A stretch of DNA of 64,000 bases, from the NCBI GenBank assembly GCA_036261745.1, contig DATAKE010000099.1, forward strand, positions 38,173 through 102,172. Direction: 5' to 3'. The position numbers and the translations under genes were made by a program. The notes under the pieces are model-generated. The model ran no database searches. It had not been told where the DNA came from and saw only the letters and a program-made list of their open reading frames with translations. Below, piece by piece: positions 9,861-20,264 of this stretch. This DNA is from Opitutaceae bacterium (GTDB lineage: Bacteria; Verrucomicrobiota; Verrucomicrobiia; Opitutales; Opitutaceae). Each line of letters opens with the position of its first letter. Position 1 is the first letter of the stretch.

Positions 9861-10967
9861 ATGGCCCTCAGCTACGAATCCTCCGGTGTCCGGTACGATC
9901 AACTCGATGCGTTCAAGCGCGCGTGTCAGCAGGCCGCGCGCACGACCGCCGGCGCGCTGCAGGACCACGGTTACGCCGAGCCGGCGACCACGCGCGGCGA
10001 GAGCGCCTACCTGATCGAGGCGGCGGATCACTTCCTCGCCCACGTCGAGGAAGGCCTCGGCACGAAGAATCTCGTGGCCGACGCCGTCTATGCGGCAACG
10101 GGCAAATGTTTCTACCGCGAGATCGCGATCGATACCGTCGCGACGATGGTGAACGACCTGATCACCTGTGGCGCGCTGCCGATCTCGGTCGCCATGCACG
10201 CGGCGGTGGGCGACTCGGGCTGGTTTGCCGACGAAAAGCGCACGAAGGACCTCGTCGCGGGTTTCGCCGAAGGCTGCAAGGCGGCCGGCGCGGTTTGGGG
10301 CGGCGGCGAAACGCCCACGCTCGGCGGCGTGGTGGAGCCGGAGGCGATCGTGCTGGCCGGTTCGGCGATCGGGAAAATCTCGCCAAAAAATCTCCGCATC
10401 GTCGGCGATGTGCGCGAAGGCGACGCGATTATTTTCCTCGCGAGCTCCGGCGTGCAGACGAACGGGCTTTCGCTTTGCCGGAAAGTGGCGGTGCAGTTGC
10501 CGCAGGGCTACCAGACTCCCATTGGCTTCGGCGATTCGCGGACCTATGGGGAGGCGTTGCTCGCACCCTCGGTGATTTACGTGGCGTTCGTGCGCGAATG
10601 CCAGCGGCGCGGACTGAAGCTGAACTATGTCGCCCACGTGACCGGACACGGCTGGCGGAAACTGATGCGGCTCGAGGAGCCGTTCGTCTACGAGATCACG
10701 ACCCCGCGTCCCGCTCCGGCGCTGTTTCAATTTCTGGAAAAGTCCGGGCCGATTGATCGCCGTGAGATGTACGCGACATTCAACCAGGGCGTCGGCTTCG
10801 CGGCCTACGTCGATCCGAAGAACGTCGAAGCGGTGCTCGCGGCGGCGAAAACCACCGGCTACGACGCCTGGCTCGCGGGCCGCGTGAAAAAAGAAGGCGG
10901 CCGCAAAGCCGTCGTCGTGCCCTCGCTCGGAATCACCTTCGAGGGCGATACGCTGCAGGTGCGGTAG
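9861..10967 (+). CDS. purM: AIR-synthase-related protein (PurM-family; likely phosphoribosylformylglycinamidine cyclo-ligase variant)
   Basis: PurM-family motifs are present: GTKNLVA, MVNDLITCGALP, GFAEGCKAAGAVWGGGET, SSGVQTNGLSL, HVTGHGW, MYATFNQGVG. It lies immediately downstream of purF. Confidence 0.65.
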   Translation: MALSYESSGVRYDQLDAFKRACQQAARTTAGALQDHGYAEPATTRGESAYLIEAADHFLAHVEEGLGTKNLVADAVYAATGKCFYREIAIDTVATMVNDLITCGALPISVAMHAAVGDSGWFADEKRTKDLVAGFAEGCKAAGAVWGGGETPTLGGVVEPEAIVLAGSAIGKISPKNLRIVGDVREGDAIIFLASSGVQTNGLSLCRKVAVQLPQGYQTPIGFGDSRTYGEALLAPSVIYVAFVRECQRRGLKLNYVAHVTGHGWRKLMRLEEPFVYEITTPRPAPALFQFLEKSGPIDRREMYATFNQGVGFAAYVDPKNVEAVLAAAKTTGYDAWLAGRVKKEGGRKAVVVPSLGITFEGDTLQVR

Positions 10968-10971
10968 GGCA

Positions 10972-11043
10972 CTGTAGGAGCGGCTTTACGCCGCGACTGG
11001 AATCCGCAAACGCTGCGGTCGCGGCGTAAAGCCGCTCCTACAG
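10972..11043. repeat. REP-like palindromic element, family A (CTGTAGGAGCGGCTTTACGCCGCGA-loop-TCGCGGCGTAAAGCCGCTCCTACAG), copy 1
   Basis: It has 25-bp perfect inverted arms with a ~22-nt loop. It sits between convergent genes (purM-like + and pectate lyase -). Confidence 0.85.
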
Positions 11044-11062
11044 CTCGGAGGATTCCGACCGG

Positions 11063-12403
11063 TCAGGCCGGTTTCTTCGCGAGGCTGTTGATGTATTCCT
11101 CGACGTTCGTGTAGCCGTCGCTGTCGCGGTCGGCGTTGTTGTCGGAAGCGTCGTGCGGATTCAGGCGGTGGGCGGCTTCCCAGGCGTCGGGCATGCCGTC
11201 GCTGTCGGTATCGACCGGCGGCGTCGCTGCCTTCAACACGGGCCAGCCGCCGACTTCGGTTTGGGAGTCGATGATCTGGCCGTTGCGGTTGGTAACGTGA
11301 CCGACGAGGCGGGCGTCGACCGCATCGCGCACCGGGAGCGATGCGCCGACGGAGGCGAGCACGGCGGCGAAAGCGGATTTCGCGGACGAGGTCGTCACGG
11401 CGGGGGCGGCGAAGGGAGTGTCGGTGGTTTCCACCTGCTTTTTCCCGCTGAGCTCGTAGGCACTCACAAATTTCCGGTTGTCGGCGGTCATCGCCTCGTC
11501 GCCGTCCAAAATGTTGTCGCGGATGAAAAAGGTGATTTCCGAATTGTCGCCGATGGTGATCGGCGTCTTCGCGCGGCTGCTCGGACCGGCGCGGAGGTAG
11601 TTGGCCACGTAGTTGATCTTGAGCTTTCCCTGGGTCAGGCCCGAGGCGGTGGCGCCGAAATCGTAGATCACGTTGTTGCGCACATCGAAGGTGGGAAACG
11701 TCGTCCCGCGGCCGTAGTTGTCGCCCATCCGCGGATTGCGGGAGTCATTGTGGATCCAAAGATTGTGGTGGAGCGTGATCGGTCCGTTGGCGCGGGCGAG
11801 GGAGCCGTAGCCGTGCGGACCCTTGGTGTGTTTGCTCTTGTTCAGCGATTCACCGATGAGGCACCACTGGACGGTGCAGTTTTGCACGTCGCCGGACAGC
11901 GACAGGCATTCATCGACCGACCACGTCGCGGAACAGTGATCGAGCACGCAGTTCCGCGCGGTGTTGAGCAGGTCGATGCAGTCGGACTGCGTGCCGGATT
12001 CGTCGCCGAGCCGGCTGCGCAGGTAGCGGACAACGACGTCGTGGGTCGCGATGCTGAACGTTTGGTCGCGGAGACAAATCCCGTCGCCCGGCGCCGTCTG
12101 GCCGGCGACGGTGAGAAACGGCTCGGTGACGGTGAGCCCCTTTTTCAAAGCAATGGTTCCGCTGACGCGGAAGACCACGATCCGCGGGCCCTTCGCCTCG
12201 CACGCTTCGCGGAAACTGCCCGGCCCCGAATCGTCGAGCGTGGTGACGAAAATCACTTTGCCACCGCGGCCGCCGGGGGTGGTGGTGCCGAAACCCTCGG
12301 CGCCCGGGAAGGCGGGCAGCGGGGCCGGTTCGGCGGCCGATGCGTTTAAAGCGAGACTGGCGGCCGCGAGGAGACTGAGGCGAAGCAAGCGGAGGGAGGA
12401 CAT
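11063..12403 (-). CDS. secreted PL1-family pectate-lyase-like protein with C-terminal Asp-rich calcium-binding (thrombospondin-type-3/dockerin-like) repeats
   Basis: The likely start is MSSLRLLRLSLLAAASLALNASA (signal peptide). PL1-like motifs are present: VLDHCSATW (vWiDH-like) and SRNPRMG (RxPxxR). The C-terminus reads DTDSDGMPD...DRDSDGYTNVEEY. Confidence 0.6.
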   Translation of the reverse strand: MSSLRLLRLSLLAAASLALNASAAEPAPLPAFPGAEGFGTTTPGGRGGKVIFVTTLDDSGPGSFREACEAKGPRIVVFRVSGTIALKKGLTVTEPFLTVAGQTAPGDGICLRDQTFSIATHDVVVRYLRSRLGDESGTQSDCIDLLNTARNCVLDHCSATWSVDECLSLSGDVQNCTVQWCLIGESLNKSKHTKGPHGYGSLARANGPITLHHNLWIHNDSRNPRMGDNYGRGTTFPTFDVRNNVIYDFGATASGLTQGKLKINYVANYLRAGPSSRAKTPITIGDNSEITFFIRDNILDGDEAMTADNRKFVSAYELSGKKQVETTDTPFAAPAVTTSSAKSAFAAVLASVGASLPVRDAVDARLVGHVTNRNGQIIDSQTEVGGWPVLKAATPPVDTDSDGMPDAWEAAHRLNPHDASDNNADRDSDGYTNVEEYINSLAKKPA

Positions 12404-12528
12404 GTTTGGGGGCGCGTCGTGGTGGGAGGCGGAGCAAAACGGACACGCATCCGGAATGACGCGGGAACCCGGGCGGGGTTGCGAGAAAATCACGCAACCC
12501 CTCCGCCGGGCCATGAACGGAGACCGGC

Positions 12529-12891
12529 TTACTTTTCCGGGCGGGAGAGGAGGAGCAGTTCCACCCGCTTCACTTCGCGCAGCACCCGATTCGTGGACAT
12601 TTCGAGCCAGAACCAGATTTTCAGCATCGTGATCATGAGCAGCAGCACCAGCGCGAGACCGCCCCAGCGCAGTTGGGCCGTCACCTCGGCCGATCCGTCG
12701 AATCGCACCACCGCGAAAACGAGCGCGGCGAAAATCGCGAGGTTGAGGATGATGAGCAGGGACGATTGCCAGCGCTGGCGACCGCGAAAGGCGATGAGGA
12801 TTTCCTCCGCCAGGTTGGGTTCGCTGCCGAGTAAATCGGCGGGTTGATCGCGCCGAAGCGCCGCTTGGATTTTTTGATCGAGGTCATTCAT
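12529..12891 (-). CDS. putative anti-sigma factor / small two-TM membrane protein
   Basis: The start ATG overlaps the stop of the ECF sigma gene (ATGA), so it is translationally coupled. It has two hydrophobic segments. Confidence 0.45.
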   Translation of the reverse strand: MNDLDQKIQAALRRDQPADLLGSEPNLAEEILIAFRGRQRWQSSLLIILNLAIFAALVFAVVRFDGSAEVTAQLRWGGLALVLLLMITMLKIWFWLEMSTNRVLREVKRVELLLLSRPEK

Positions 12892-13448
12892 GGGAGTTTC
12901 CTTTCGAGGAGGTGTTTGAGCGTTTCACGGACGGAAAAAAGACGGGATTTCACCGTGCCGGCCGGGAGGGCGAGCACCGCGGCGATTTCGGCTACGCTGC
13001 GTTCGAGCAGGTAGTACAGGTTTACCAATTCCCGTTGCTCAGCGGGCAATGCGACAATCGCGTCACGCAGCTGCTGTACGGCTTCCGGCGTTTCGGCTGG
13101 CAGCGGTTCCGCCGGAGCCAGGCGCTCCGCTTCATTGGCGGCGACGGCTTCGCGCCGGCGCAGGTGGGCCCGGTTTCGAATCCAGTCGGCGCCGCGGCGT
13201 TCGACAATGCGGAAGGCCCAACGCGGAAAACAAGCCGGGTCGTCCAACCGGTGCAGGCCACGGGCGATGGCGAGCCAGGCGTCGTTGGCGATTTCGTCTG
13301 CACCATCCGGTCGCTGCACCCGGGCCAGCGCCAGACGGCGAAGATCGGCCCGCCAGAGATCGTGCAGATCTTTAAACGCGGATTCGCTGCCGCCCTGGGC
13401 CTGGAGCACCAGCCATTCGGTGAGGACCTGTTTGGAATCCCGGTTCAT
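12888..13448 (-). CDS. ECF-type RNA polymerase sigma-70 family factor
   Basis: Region 2 (DAWLAIARGL...) and region 4 (RELVNLYYLLERSVAEIAAVLALPAGTVKSRL) signatures are present. It is 186 aa. Confidence 0.8.
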   Translation of the reverse strand: MNRDSKQVLTEWLVLQAQGGSESAFKDLHDLWRADLRRLALARVQRPDGADEIANDAWLAIARGLHRLDDPACFPRWAFRIVERRGADWIRNRAHLRRREAVAANEAERLAPAEPLPAETPEAVQQLRDAIVALPAEQRELVNLYYLLERSVAEIAAVLALPAGTVKSRLFSVRETLKHLLERKLP

Positions 13449-13817
13449 CGGTTTGCCTCCAAAGGTCGCGGGCCGCGGGGGCTCGGTTCAGACAATCGCA
13501 ATCGTTGACCTTCTAATTGGTCACGCGGATGGGCAGGACGACGAAGGGCAGGTTCGCGAGGAAGAAGCGGCGCTGGAGCGCAAACGCGGTGTGGTTGTGG
13601 AGCAGGCGGGTGAGCCTGGTTTCACGGGCGAAGAGCAGCTGGCCGGCGAAAAAGACGCTGTTGGGAAATCTGGCCCGCGCGGTTTCCGCGAGTTTCGTCG
13701 CTTCGCCGACGACATCGTGTCCGATACGTCGGGTGTGCGCCGGCAATGAGTGGGGTGAAGCGGGAGACGAACACTCTGGATTGACGCGGTAGGGCTCGGA
13801 GGTTGCGGGGAATTGAA

Positions 13818-14516
13818 TCAACCGATCTCCAGGAAACGATAGCCAATCCCGGATTCGGTTTTCAGGAAAACGGGTTTGTCGGCAGCGGTTTCCAGTTTCT
13901 TGCGAAGGTTGGCCATGTGGACCCGAAGATAGTGAGTGTCCGCTTCATGGCCGGGTCCCCAGACATCACGCAGGAGCTGTCGGTGCGTGACCACTTTTCC
14001 GCGGTGCTGAAGGAGGAGACGAAGGAGCGCGTATTCCTTCATCGTGAGATGCATATCGGCTCCGGCTCTGGTCACGGTGCGTTTCGCGAAATCCACCTCG
14101 ACGTCGCCAAATTTCACGATGCTGACTTCGCCCGCCGGTTGGGCGCGGCGGAGGAGGACCCGCATGCGTGCCAGCAATTCGCCTCCGCTAAATGGTTTTG
14201 AAAGATAGTCGTCCGCCCCGGCGTCAAGCGCGGCAATTTTGTCCTGCTCCTCGCTGCGCACCGACAGGATCAGCACCGGAATCTGGCTCCACTCGCGCAG
14301 ACGGCGCAGGATCTCCAAACCGCTGAGGTCGGGAAGGCTGAGGTCGAGGATGACCGCGTCGGGACGTTGGACGGCTGCTTCGTTGAGGCCGAGCGTTCCG
14401 GTTTCTGCTTCGCGCACGCGATACCCCGCTGCTTCGAGGGTAATGCGCAGGAGGCGGCGGATTTGCCGTTCGTCGTCGACGACCAGGATGTCGGGTTTCG
14501 CGGGGACGGCACTCAT
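13818..14516 (-). CDS. kdpE: OmpR-family response regulator KdpE
   Basis: It has a REC domain (ILVVDDERQIRRLL...DLSLPDLSGLEIL) plus a winged-helix C-terminus. It overlaps kdpD by 4 nt. Confidence 0.85.
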   Translation of the reverse strand: MSAVPAKPDILVVDDERQIRRLLRITLEAAGYRVREAETGTLGLNEAAVQRPDAVILDLSLPDLSGLEILRRLREWSQIPVLILSVRSEEQDKIAALDAGADDYLSKPFSGGELLARMRVLLRRAQPAGEVSIVKFGDVEVDFAKRTVTRAGADMHLTMKEYALLRLLLQHRGKVVTHRQLLRDVWGPGHEADTHYLRVHMANLRKKLETAADKPVFLKTESGIGYRFLEIG

Positions 14517-17218
14517 TCGCTCGGAACATTACCGTGCGGGGTGAATGGAAGGTAAACGGTAAACACCGCACCGCCGCCCGGGTTTTCGCCGGCGACGATT
14601 TCGCCACCCTGGGCGACGACAAAACCACGGATGATGGAGAGTCCGAGCCCGAGTCCGCCGGCGCGGGCTGCATCACCACGCTGGAATTTTCGAAAGAGCC
14701 GGTCACGCATGGCGGTGGGCAGGCCGGCGCCGCGATCGGCGACGGTCCAGAATATCCGTTCGCGGGGTTGATCGACGCCCGAGGCGAGGAAGATCGGCGT
14801 GCCCGCCGGGGTGTGGTGCGCAGCGTTGAGCAGGAGATTCGCGATCACCTGTTCCATCAACGCCGTGTCGGCGCGGAAGAGCGGCATGTCGTCCGGTACC
14901 GCCGTCTCCAGCGGATGTCCCTCGAGCGAATCGCGCACGCCATCGATCGCGGCGTTGACCAGATCGTGGGCGTCGCACCAATCGAGCTTGGGTTTGAGCG
15001 CTCCGGATTCGAGGCGCGTCTGATCGAGGAGATTGTTCACCAGGCGATTCAGCCGGCGCGTGGCCGTCCTGATTTCGCTGGCGAGTTTCGCGCGCGTGGC
15101 GGTGTCGGCGGTGCCGATGCTTTCGGCCGCGGCACTGAGGACCGACAGCGGCGTTTTCAACTCGTGGGAGACGCCATCGAGCAAGACGCGGTGCAGTTTC
15201 TCGGATTCAGCGAGGAGCTTTTCGCGTTCCCCGGCGGCGCGAAGCTGCTCGCGCTCCACCACCAGTGCCAGCTGGGTGGCAAAACTCTCGGCGAGGTCGC
15301 GTTGCGCGAGGGTGAGGGATGTTTCACGGGAGACACACACCACGAGCACGCCGACCGATTTGTCCTCGCGCACCAGCGGAACGTGGAAGCCTTCAGCTGA
15401 TGGAAGCGTGTCGGTGAACCTCCCGGCTTTCCGGCGATTGCGCCAGGCCCAGTCGGCGACCCCCCGCTCTTTTTCCGTGAGGGTAAACGAGCTGGCGAAG
15501 TGCGGTGCGAGCGCATCGCCACCCGTGGCATCGAAGAGCAGAGCGGTTTGCCCGCCAAAGATTCGATCGGCTTGGCGAAGGGCAGCAAACACGGCGTCGT
15601 CGAGCGTACGCGCCGCGCTCAGCGCCTGCGTGAGATGGAAAAGCGCGGTGGCGCGTTCTTCGCGCAGCCGCTCGTGCCGCTCCTGGGCGCGGATGCGGGC
15701 GGTGAGTTGCCCGGCGATCAGCGCGACGGCGAAGTAGGTGGCGAACATCATGCCATCCTCGAACTTCGCGATAACGAACGTAAACAGCGGCGGAATGAAG
15801 ACGAAATTCCAGGTGACTGCGCTGAGCACGCCGGCGGCGAACACGGGACCGCGCCCCACGCGCAGGCTCAGCGCGATCACCGCCAGCAGATAACACAGGC
15901 CCACTGCGATGTAACCGATGTAGGCCACGATAAACCAGGCCGCGAGCGTGAGCACGGCGAGGAGCGCAGCGACTTCGCCGTATTCGTGCAGCGGGGAGTA
16001 GAGGGCCGGCTGCAGGTCAATCCACGGCCGCGCTTTTTCGGCGGCCCGTTCGGCGGGCACGACATAGATGTCGATCGGACCACTGCGACGGAGGAGCCGG
16101 GTTACGAGGCTGCCACCGTGGAGCAGGTCGAGCCAGGGCGGGTTCCGCGACTGGCCGACGACGATCTGGGTGGCGTTGTTTTGCAACGCGACGCGAACGA
16201 GCGCCTCGGAAACATCATCGTCGTGCGTGACGACCACCTCGGCGCCAAGTTCCCGCGCCAGGGAAAGGTTCTGCTCAACGCGTCGCTGCGCGCCGGCGTC
16301 GAGCGGCCGTGAGTTTTCCACGCTGACGGCGATCCATGCGGCGCCTTGCGCGGCCGCCATGCGGCGCGTCCACCGGACGAGCTGCGTGGACGACGGACTC
16401 GGGCCGACGGCGACCAGGAGACGTTCGCCCGAACGCCAGACGGTTTTCGCGGCGCCGGCGCCGCGAAGTTCGCGGAGGCGTTTGTCGACGCGTTCGGCGA
16501 CGAAGCGCAGGGCGAGCTCGCGCAGCGCGGTGAGATGGGTGTCCTTGAAAAATCCTTCCGCTGCAGCGGCGGCGCGCTCACCGAGATAGACTTTTCCCTC
16601 CCGCAACCGTTCGAGGAGCGTCTCGGGTGGGAGATCGATGAGCTCGATTTGGTCGGCGAGTTCGAAGACGGAGTCGGGCAGGGTCTCGTGAACGGTGGCG
16701 CCGGTGATCTGGCGAACGGCATCGGCGCGGCTTTCGAGATGCTGGACGTTGAGCGTCGTGAACACGTCGAGCCCGGCGTCGAGGAGTTCGATCACATCCT
16801 GGTAACGTTTCGGATGACGGGAGCCGGGGGCATTCGTGTGGGCAAACTCGTCAACGAGGACGAGTTTTGGACGGCGCGCGAGGATGGCTTCGAGGTCCAT
16901 TTCGCCGAGCTGCGTCCCGCGGTATTCGACCTGTTTGCGCGGGATGACGGGCAGCCCGGCGAGGAGCGCTTCGGTTTCGGCGCGGCCATGAGTCTCGACA
17001 ATCCCGACGACCAGATCGACGCCGTCCTTCAACTCCTGCTGCGCGGCGCGAAGCATGGCGTAGGTTTTGCCCACGCCCGGGCACATGCCGAAAAAAACCT
17101 TGAGTTGGCCGCGTCGCGACTGGACCTCCGCGCGCTTCAACGAAGCGAGCAGGGCATCGGGATCGGGACGGGGATCAGCCATGAACAGCGAGGATGTGAG
17201 GGGCGGGGGGGGGCGCAA
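14513..17218 (-). CDS. kdpD: sensor histidine kinase KdpD
   Basis: The N-terminal KdpD domain carries a P-loop (GMCPGVGKTYAML). There is a USP-like region, a TM block, GAF, HisKA (HELKTPLS) and HATPase. The start could alternatively be the internal Met at 17182. Confidence 0.9.
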   Translation of the reverse strand: MRPPPPLTSSLFMADPRPDPDALLASLKRAEVQSRRGQLKVFFGMCPGVGKTYAMLRAAQQELKDGVDLVVGIVETHGRAETEALLAGLPVIPRKQVEYRGTQLGEMDLEAILARRPKLVLVDEFAHTNAPGSRHPKRYQDVIELLDAGLDVFTTLNVQHLESRADAVRQITGATVHETLPDSVFELADQIELIDLPPETLLERLREGKVYLGERAAAAAEGFFKDTHLTALRELALRFVAERVDKRLRELRGAGAAKTVWRSGERLLVAVGPSPSSTQLVRWTRRMAAAQGAAWIAVSVENSRPLDAGAQRRVEQNLSLARELGAEVVVTHDDDVSEALVRVALQNNATQIVVGQSRNPPWLDLLHGGSLVTRLLRRSGPIDIYVVPAERAAEKARPWIDLQPALYSPLHEYGEVAALLAVLTLAAWFIVAYIGYIAVGLCYLLAVIALSLRVGRGPVFAAGVLSAVTWNFVFIPPLFTFVIAKFEDGMMFATYFAVALIAGQLTARIRAQERHERLREERATALFHLTQALSAARTLDDAVFAALRQADRIFGGQTALLFDATGGDALAPHFASSFTLTEKERGVADWAWRNRRKAGRFTDTLPSAEGFHVPLVREDKSVGVLVVCVSRETSLTLAQRDLAESFATQLALVVEREQLRAAGEREKLLAESEKLHRVLLDGVSHELKTPLSVLSAAAESIGTADTATRAKLASEIRTATRRLNRLVNNLLDQTRLESGALKPKLDWCDAHDLVNAAIDGVRDSLEGHPLETAVPDDMPLFRADTALMEQVIANLLLNAAHHTPAGTPIFLASGVDQPRERIFWTVADRGAGLPTAMRDRLFRKFQRGDAARAGGLGLGLSIIRGFVVAQGGEIVAGENPGGGAVFTVYLPFTPHGNVPSE

Positions 17219-17411
17219 GCACCCGGGGCCACCGCGTCCTCCTCATGGCATGATGGATCGCGACGGGCCCGAGCTGTGGGCGGAATCGTGGCGCCGGCAG
17301 GACGGGTCGGAAAGGGCGAGCAGAAGCGTCAGCGCAACCAGCGCGAAGAACGTGGTCGAAAAAAGCCGGTTCCGATCCGCGAGGGGCTTCATCGTCGAAG
17401 GCATCGGAGGT

Positions 17412-18014
17412 TTATCGTCCGCTGACGCGGGGGGCGATTTGATCGAGCGCGCGGTTGAGCAGAAGGACATTTACGGTCGGTTCCCCCAGGACTCCGAGGT
17501 TGCGGGCCTGCGTGTATTTTTCGACGAGAGCGCGAACTTCACCTGTCGTGAGCGTCCGGGCGCGTGCGACGCGGGCCAGTTGGAGGCTGGCGTTCTCGAG
17601 GCTGATGTGCGGGTCCAAGCCGCTGCCCGAAGCGGTCACGGCATCGGCGGGGACAGGTGCGCCGGCCGATAGGAAGTTGGCGGTGCGGTAGGCCGCCACG
17701 CGCTCTTTGATGCTGTCGGCCAGTTTCCGGCTCGTGGGGCCGAGATTGGTACCCGAGGAACTCGTCGCATCGTAACCGGTGCCGGCGGCGGACGGGCGCG
17801 GGTGAAAATATTTTTCGGACGTGAAGGATTGAGCAAGCAGACTAGAGCCGCGTACCACGCCATCCTTGTCGGTGAGGAGACTGCCGCTGGCTTTGTCGGC
17901 AAACAGCGCCTGACCGCCGGCCCACACAGCGAGCGGATAAACGCCGCAGAACAGCCCGGCGAGAACGAGCGTGAGGGCGACGGAGGTTTTGATTTCGGCG
18001 AGGAAGGTTTTCAT
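17412..18014 (-). CDS. kdpC: K+-transporting ATPase subunit C
   Basis: 200 aa; N-terminal TM then the typical KdpC periplasmic domain (GSGLDPHIS motif). Confidence 0.9.
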   Translation of the reverse strand: MKTFLAEIKTSVALTLVLAGLFCGVYPLAVWAGGQALFADKASGSLLTDKDGVVRGSSLLAQSFTSEKYFHPRPSAAGTGYDATSSSGTNLGPTSRKLADSIKERVAAYRTANFLSAGAPVPADAVTASGSGLDPHISLENASLQLARVARARTLTTGEVRALVEKYTQARNLGVLGEPTVNVLLLNRALDQIAPRVSGR

Positions 18015-18169
18015 GGGCGGGAAAAAGAGGAAAAATCAGGGGGACACCGGGAGCACAGAACGCGGACACAGAGTCCGGAATGGAATGGAGTGGAATGACT
18101 GGAATTTTGACTCCGTGATCTCTGAGGCTGAGCTCGGTGTCCTCAGTGGCGAAGATCGAAGGATTGAAC

Positions 18170-20209
18170 TCAGACGAGGTGGGCGGCGTTGATGAGCACA
18201 TCGATCAGCTTGATGCCGGCGAAGGGGATGATGATTCCCCCCACTCCGTAGATGAGCAGGTTGCGGCGGAGCATCGCGGCGGCGCCGACCGGACGATATG
18301 CGACACCGCGCAGCGCGAGCGGGATCAGGGCGATGATGACGAGCGCGTTGAAGATGACGGCGCTGAGAATCGCGCTCGAAGGTGAGGCGAGATGCATGAC
18401 ATTGAGCGGCGAGATCGCAGGGAAAACGCCGACCAGCATCGCGGGAATGATCGCGAAGTATTTCGCGATGTCGTTCGCGATGCTGAACGTCGTGAGCGAG
18501 CCGCGCGTGATCAGCATCTGTTTCCCGATCTCGACGATTTCGAGGAGCTTCGTCGGGTTGCTATCGAGGTCGACCATGTTGCCGGCTTCCTTGGCGGCTT
18601 GCGTGCCGGTGTTCATCGCGACGCCGACATCGGCCTGGGCGAGTGCCGGCGCGTCGTTGGTGCCGTCGCCGGTCATGGCAACGAGATGACCTTTCGCCTG
18701 CTCTTCCCGGATGCGCGCGAGTTTCATTTCCGGCGTGGCCTGAGCGAGGAAGTCGTCGACACCCGCCTCGGCGGCGATGGCCGCGGCGGTGAGCGGGTTG
18801 TCGCCCGTGATCATCACGGTGCGGATGCCCATGGCGCGGAGCTGGGCGAAACGTTCCTTGATGCCGCCTTTCACGACGTCTTTCAGATGGATCACGCCCA
18901 GCACGATCCGGCCATCCGCGACGACGAGGGGCGTGCCGCCGTTGCGGGAGATGGCATAAACGGCGTCGTTCACCGCGATGGGGTAGCTCCCACCCTGCGA
19001 TTCCACCCAGGCTTTCACATTGTCGGCGGCGCCCTTCCGGATGGAGCGGGCGGCTTGACCGGCGCTGGCCTGGAGATCGACACCGCTCATGCGGGTTTGC
19101 GCCGTGAAGGGAACGAAGGCCGCGTGGGCCGGCGCCATCTCGCGTCCGCGGAGGTTAAATTTTTCCTTCGCCAGGATCACAATGCTGCGGCCCTCGGGAG
19201 TGTCGTCGGCGAGCGACGCCAGTTGCGCGGCATCGGCGATGCGAACGCTCGTGATTCCCGGCGCCGGCATGAAGTCGCTGGCCTGGCGGTTGCCGAGGGT
19301 GATCGTGCCAGTCTTGTCGAGGAGCAGCACATCGATGTCGCCCGCGGCCTCGACCGCCCGGCCGGAGGTGGCGAGCACGTTGCGTTGCAGGAGCCGGTCC
19401 ATGCCGGCGATGCCGATGGCGCTCAGCAAACCACCGATCGTCGTCGGAATGAGGCAGACAAGCAGAGCCACCAGCGTGGTGACGGAGAACGCGACGTTCG
19501 CGTAATTGCCGAACGGCTTCAGCGTGACGATGACGAGCAGGAAAATAATCGTGAGCGCGGAGAGCAGGATCGTGAGCGCGATTTCGTTGGGGGTTTTCTG
19601 GCGCGTCGCGCCCTCGACCATGGCGATCATGCGGTCGATAAAAGTGTTGCCCGGCTCGGAGGTGACGCGGATGACGACGCGATCGCTCAGGATGCGCGTG
19701 CCGCCCGTGACGGCGCAGCGGTCGCCGCCGCTTTCGCGTACGACGGGCGCGGATTCGCCGGTGATGGCCGATTCGTCGACGGAGGCGATGCCGTCGATGA
19801 TGTCGCCGTCGGCGGGAATGATGTCACCGGTTTCGCAGACAACGAGATCGCCCTTGCGGAGATCGGTGGCGGAGATTTTTTCCTCGCGGTCGTCGCGCAG
19901 GCGGCGCCCGAAGGTTTGGGTGCGGGCGCGCTTGAGCGTGTCGGCCTGGGCCTTGCCGCGGCCCTCGGCGACCGCTTCGGCAAAATTCGCGAAGAGCACG
20001 GTGAAGAGCAGCCACAGCGCGATCTGGAGCACGTAGCCAAACGGCTCCTGCGAGGTGAGGAGCTGCTGAAACGTGAGCAGCGCGCCGATCAGCGTGACGA
20101 ACATGACCGGGTTCTTGAGCTGGGCGCGCGGGTGGAGCTTCTTGAATGAATCAACCACGGCCTGCCGCAGAATCTGGCGGTCGAAAAGGGAGACGGCTTT
20201 GGTGCTCAT
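18170..20209 (-). CDS. kdpB: K+-transporting P-type ATPase subunit B
   Basis: Motifs [15 protein letters not shown] and [12 protein letters not shown] are present. 679 aa. Confidence 0.95.
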   Translation of the reverse strand: MSTKAVSLFDRQILRQAVVDSFKKLHPRAQLKNPVMFVTLIGALLTFQQLLTSQEPFGYVLQIALWLLFTVLFANFAEAVAEGRGKAQADTLKRARTQTFGRRLRDDREEKISATDLRKGDLVVCETGDIIPADGDIIDGIASVDESAITGESAPVVRESGGDRCAVTGGTRILSDRVVIRVTSEPGNTFIDRMIAMVEGATRQKTPNEIALTILLSALTIIFLLVIVTLKPFGNYANVAFSVTTLVALLVCLIPTTIGGLLSAIGIAGMDRLLQRNVLATSGRAVEAAGDIDVLLLDKTGTITLGNRQASDFMPAPGITSVRIADAAQLASLADDTPEGRSIVILAKEKFNLRGREMAPAHAAFVPFTAQTRMSGVDLQASAGQAARSIRKGAADNVKAWVESQGGSYPIAVNDAVYAISRNGGTPLVVADGRIVLGVIHLKDVVKGGIKERFAQLRAMGIRTVMITGDNPLTAAAIAAEAGVDDFLAQATPEMKLARIREEQAKGHLVAMTGDGTNDAPALAQADVGVAMNTGTQAAKEAGNMVDLDSNPTKLLEIVEIGKQMLITRGSLTTFSIANDIAKYFAIIPAMLVGVFPAISPLNVMHLASPSSAILSAVIFNALVIIALIPLALRGVAYRPVGAAAMLRRNLLIYGVGGIIIPFAGIKLIDVLINAAHLV

Positions 20210-20264
20210 GGAAGGAGCCGCGAGGCGCGGCAGATGAAAATTGAGGGATGAGAGTTGAAAGAAC

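Noticed and set aside
13449-13817. ORFs 13135..13749 (+) and 13513..13821 (-) in the ECF-sigma / kdpE intergenic region
   Set aside because: Their composition is biased, they have no homology and they overlap each other. The region is more plausibly promoter or leader DNA.
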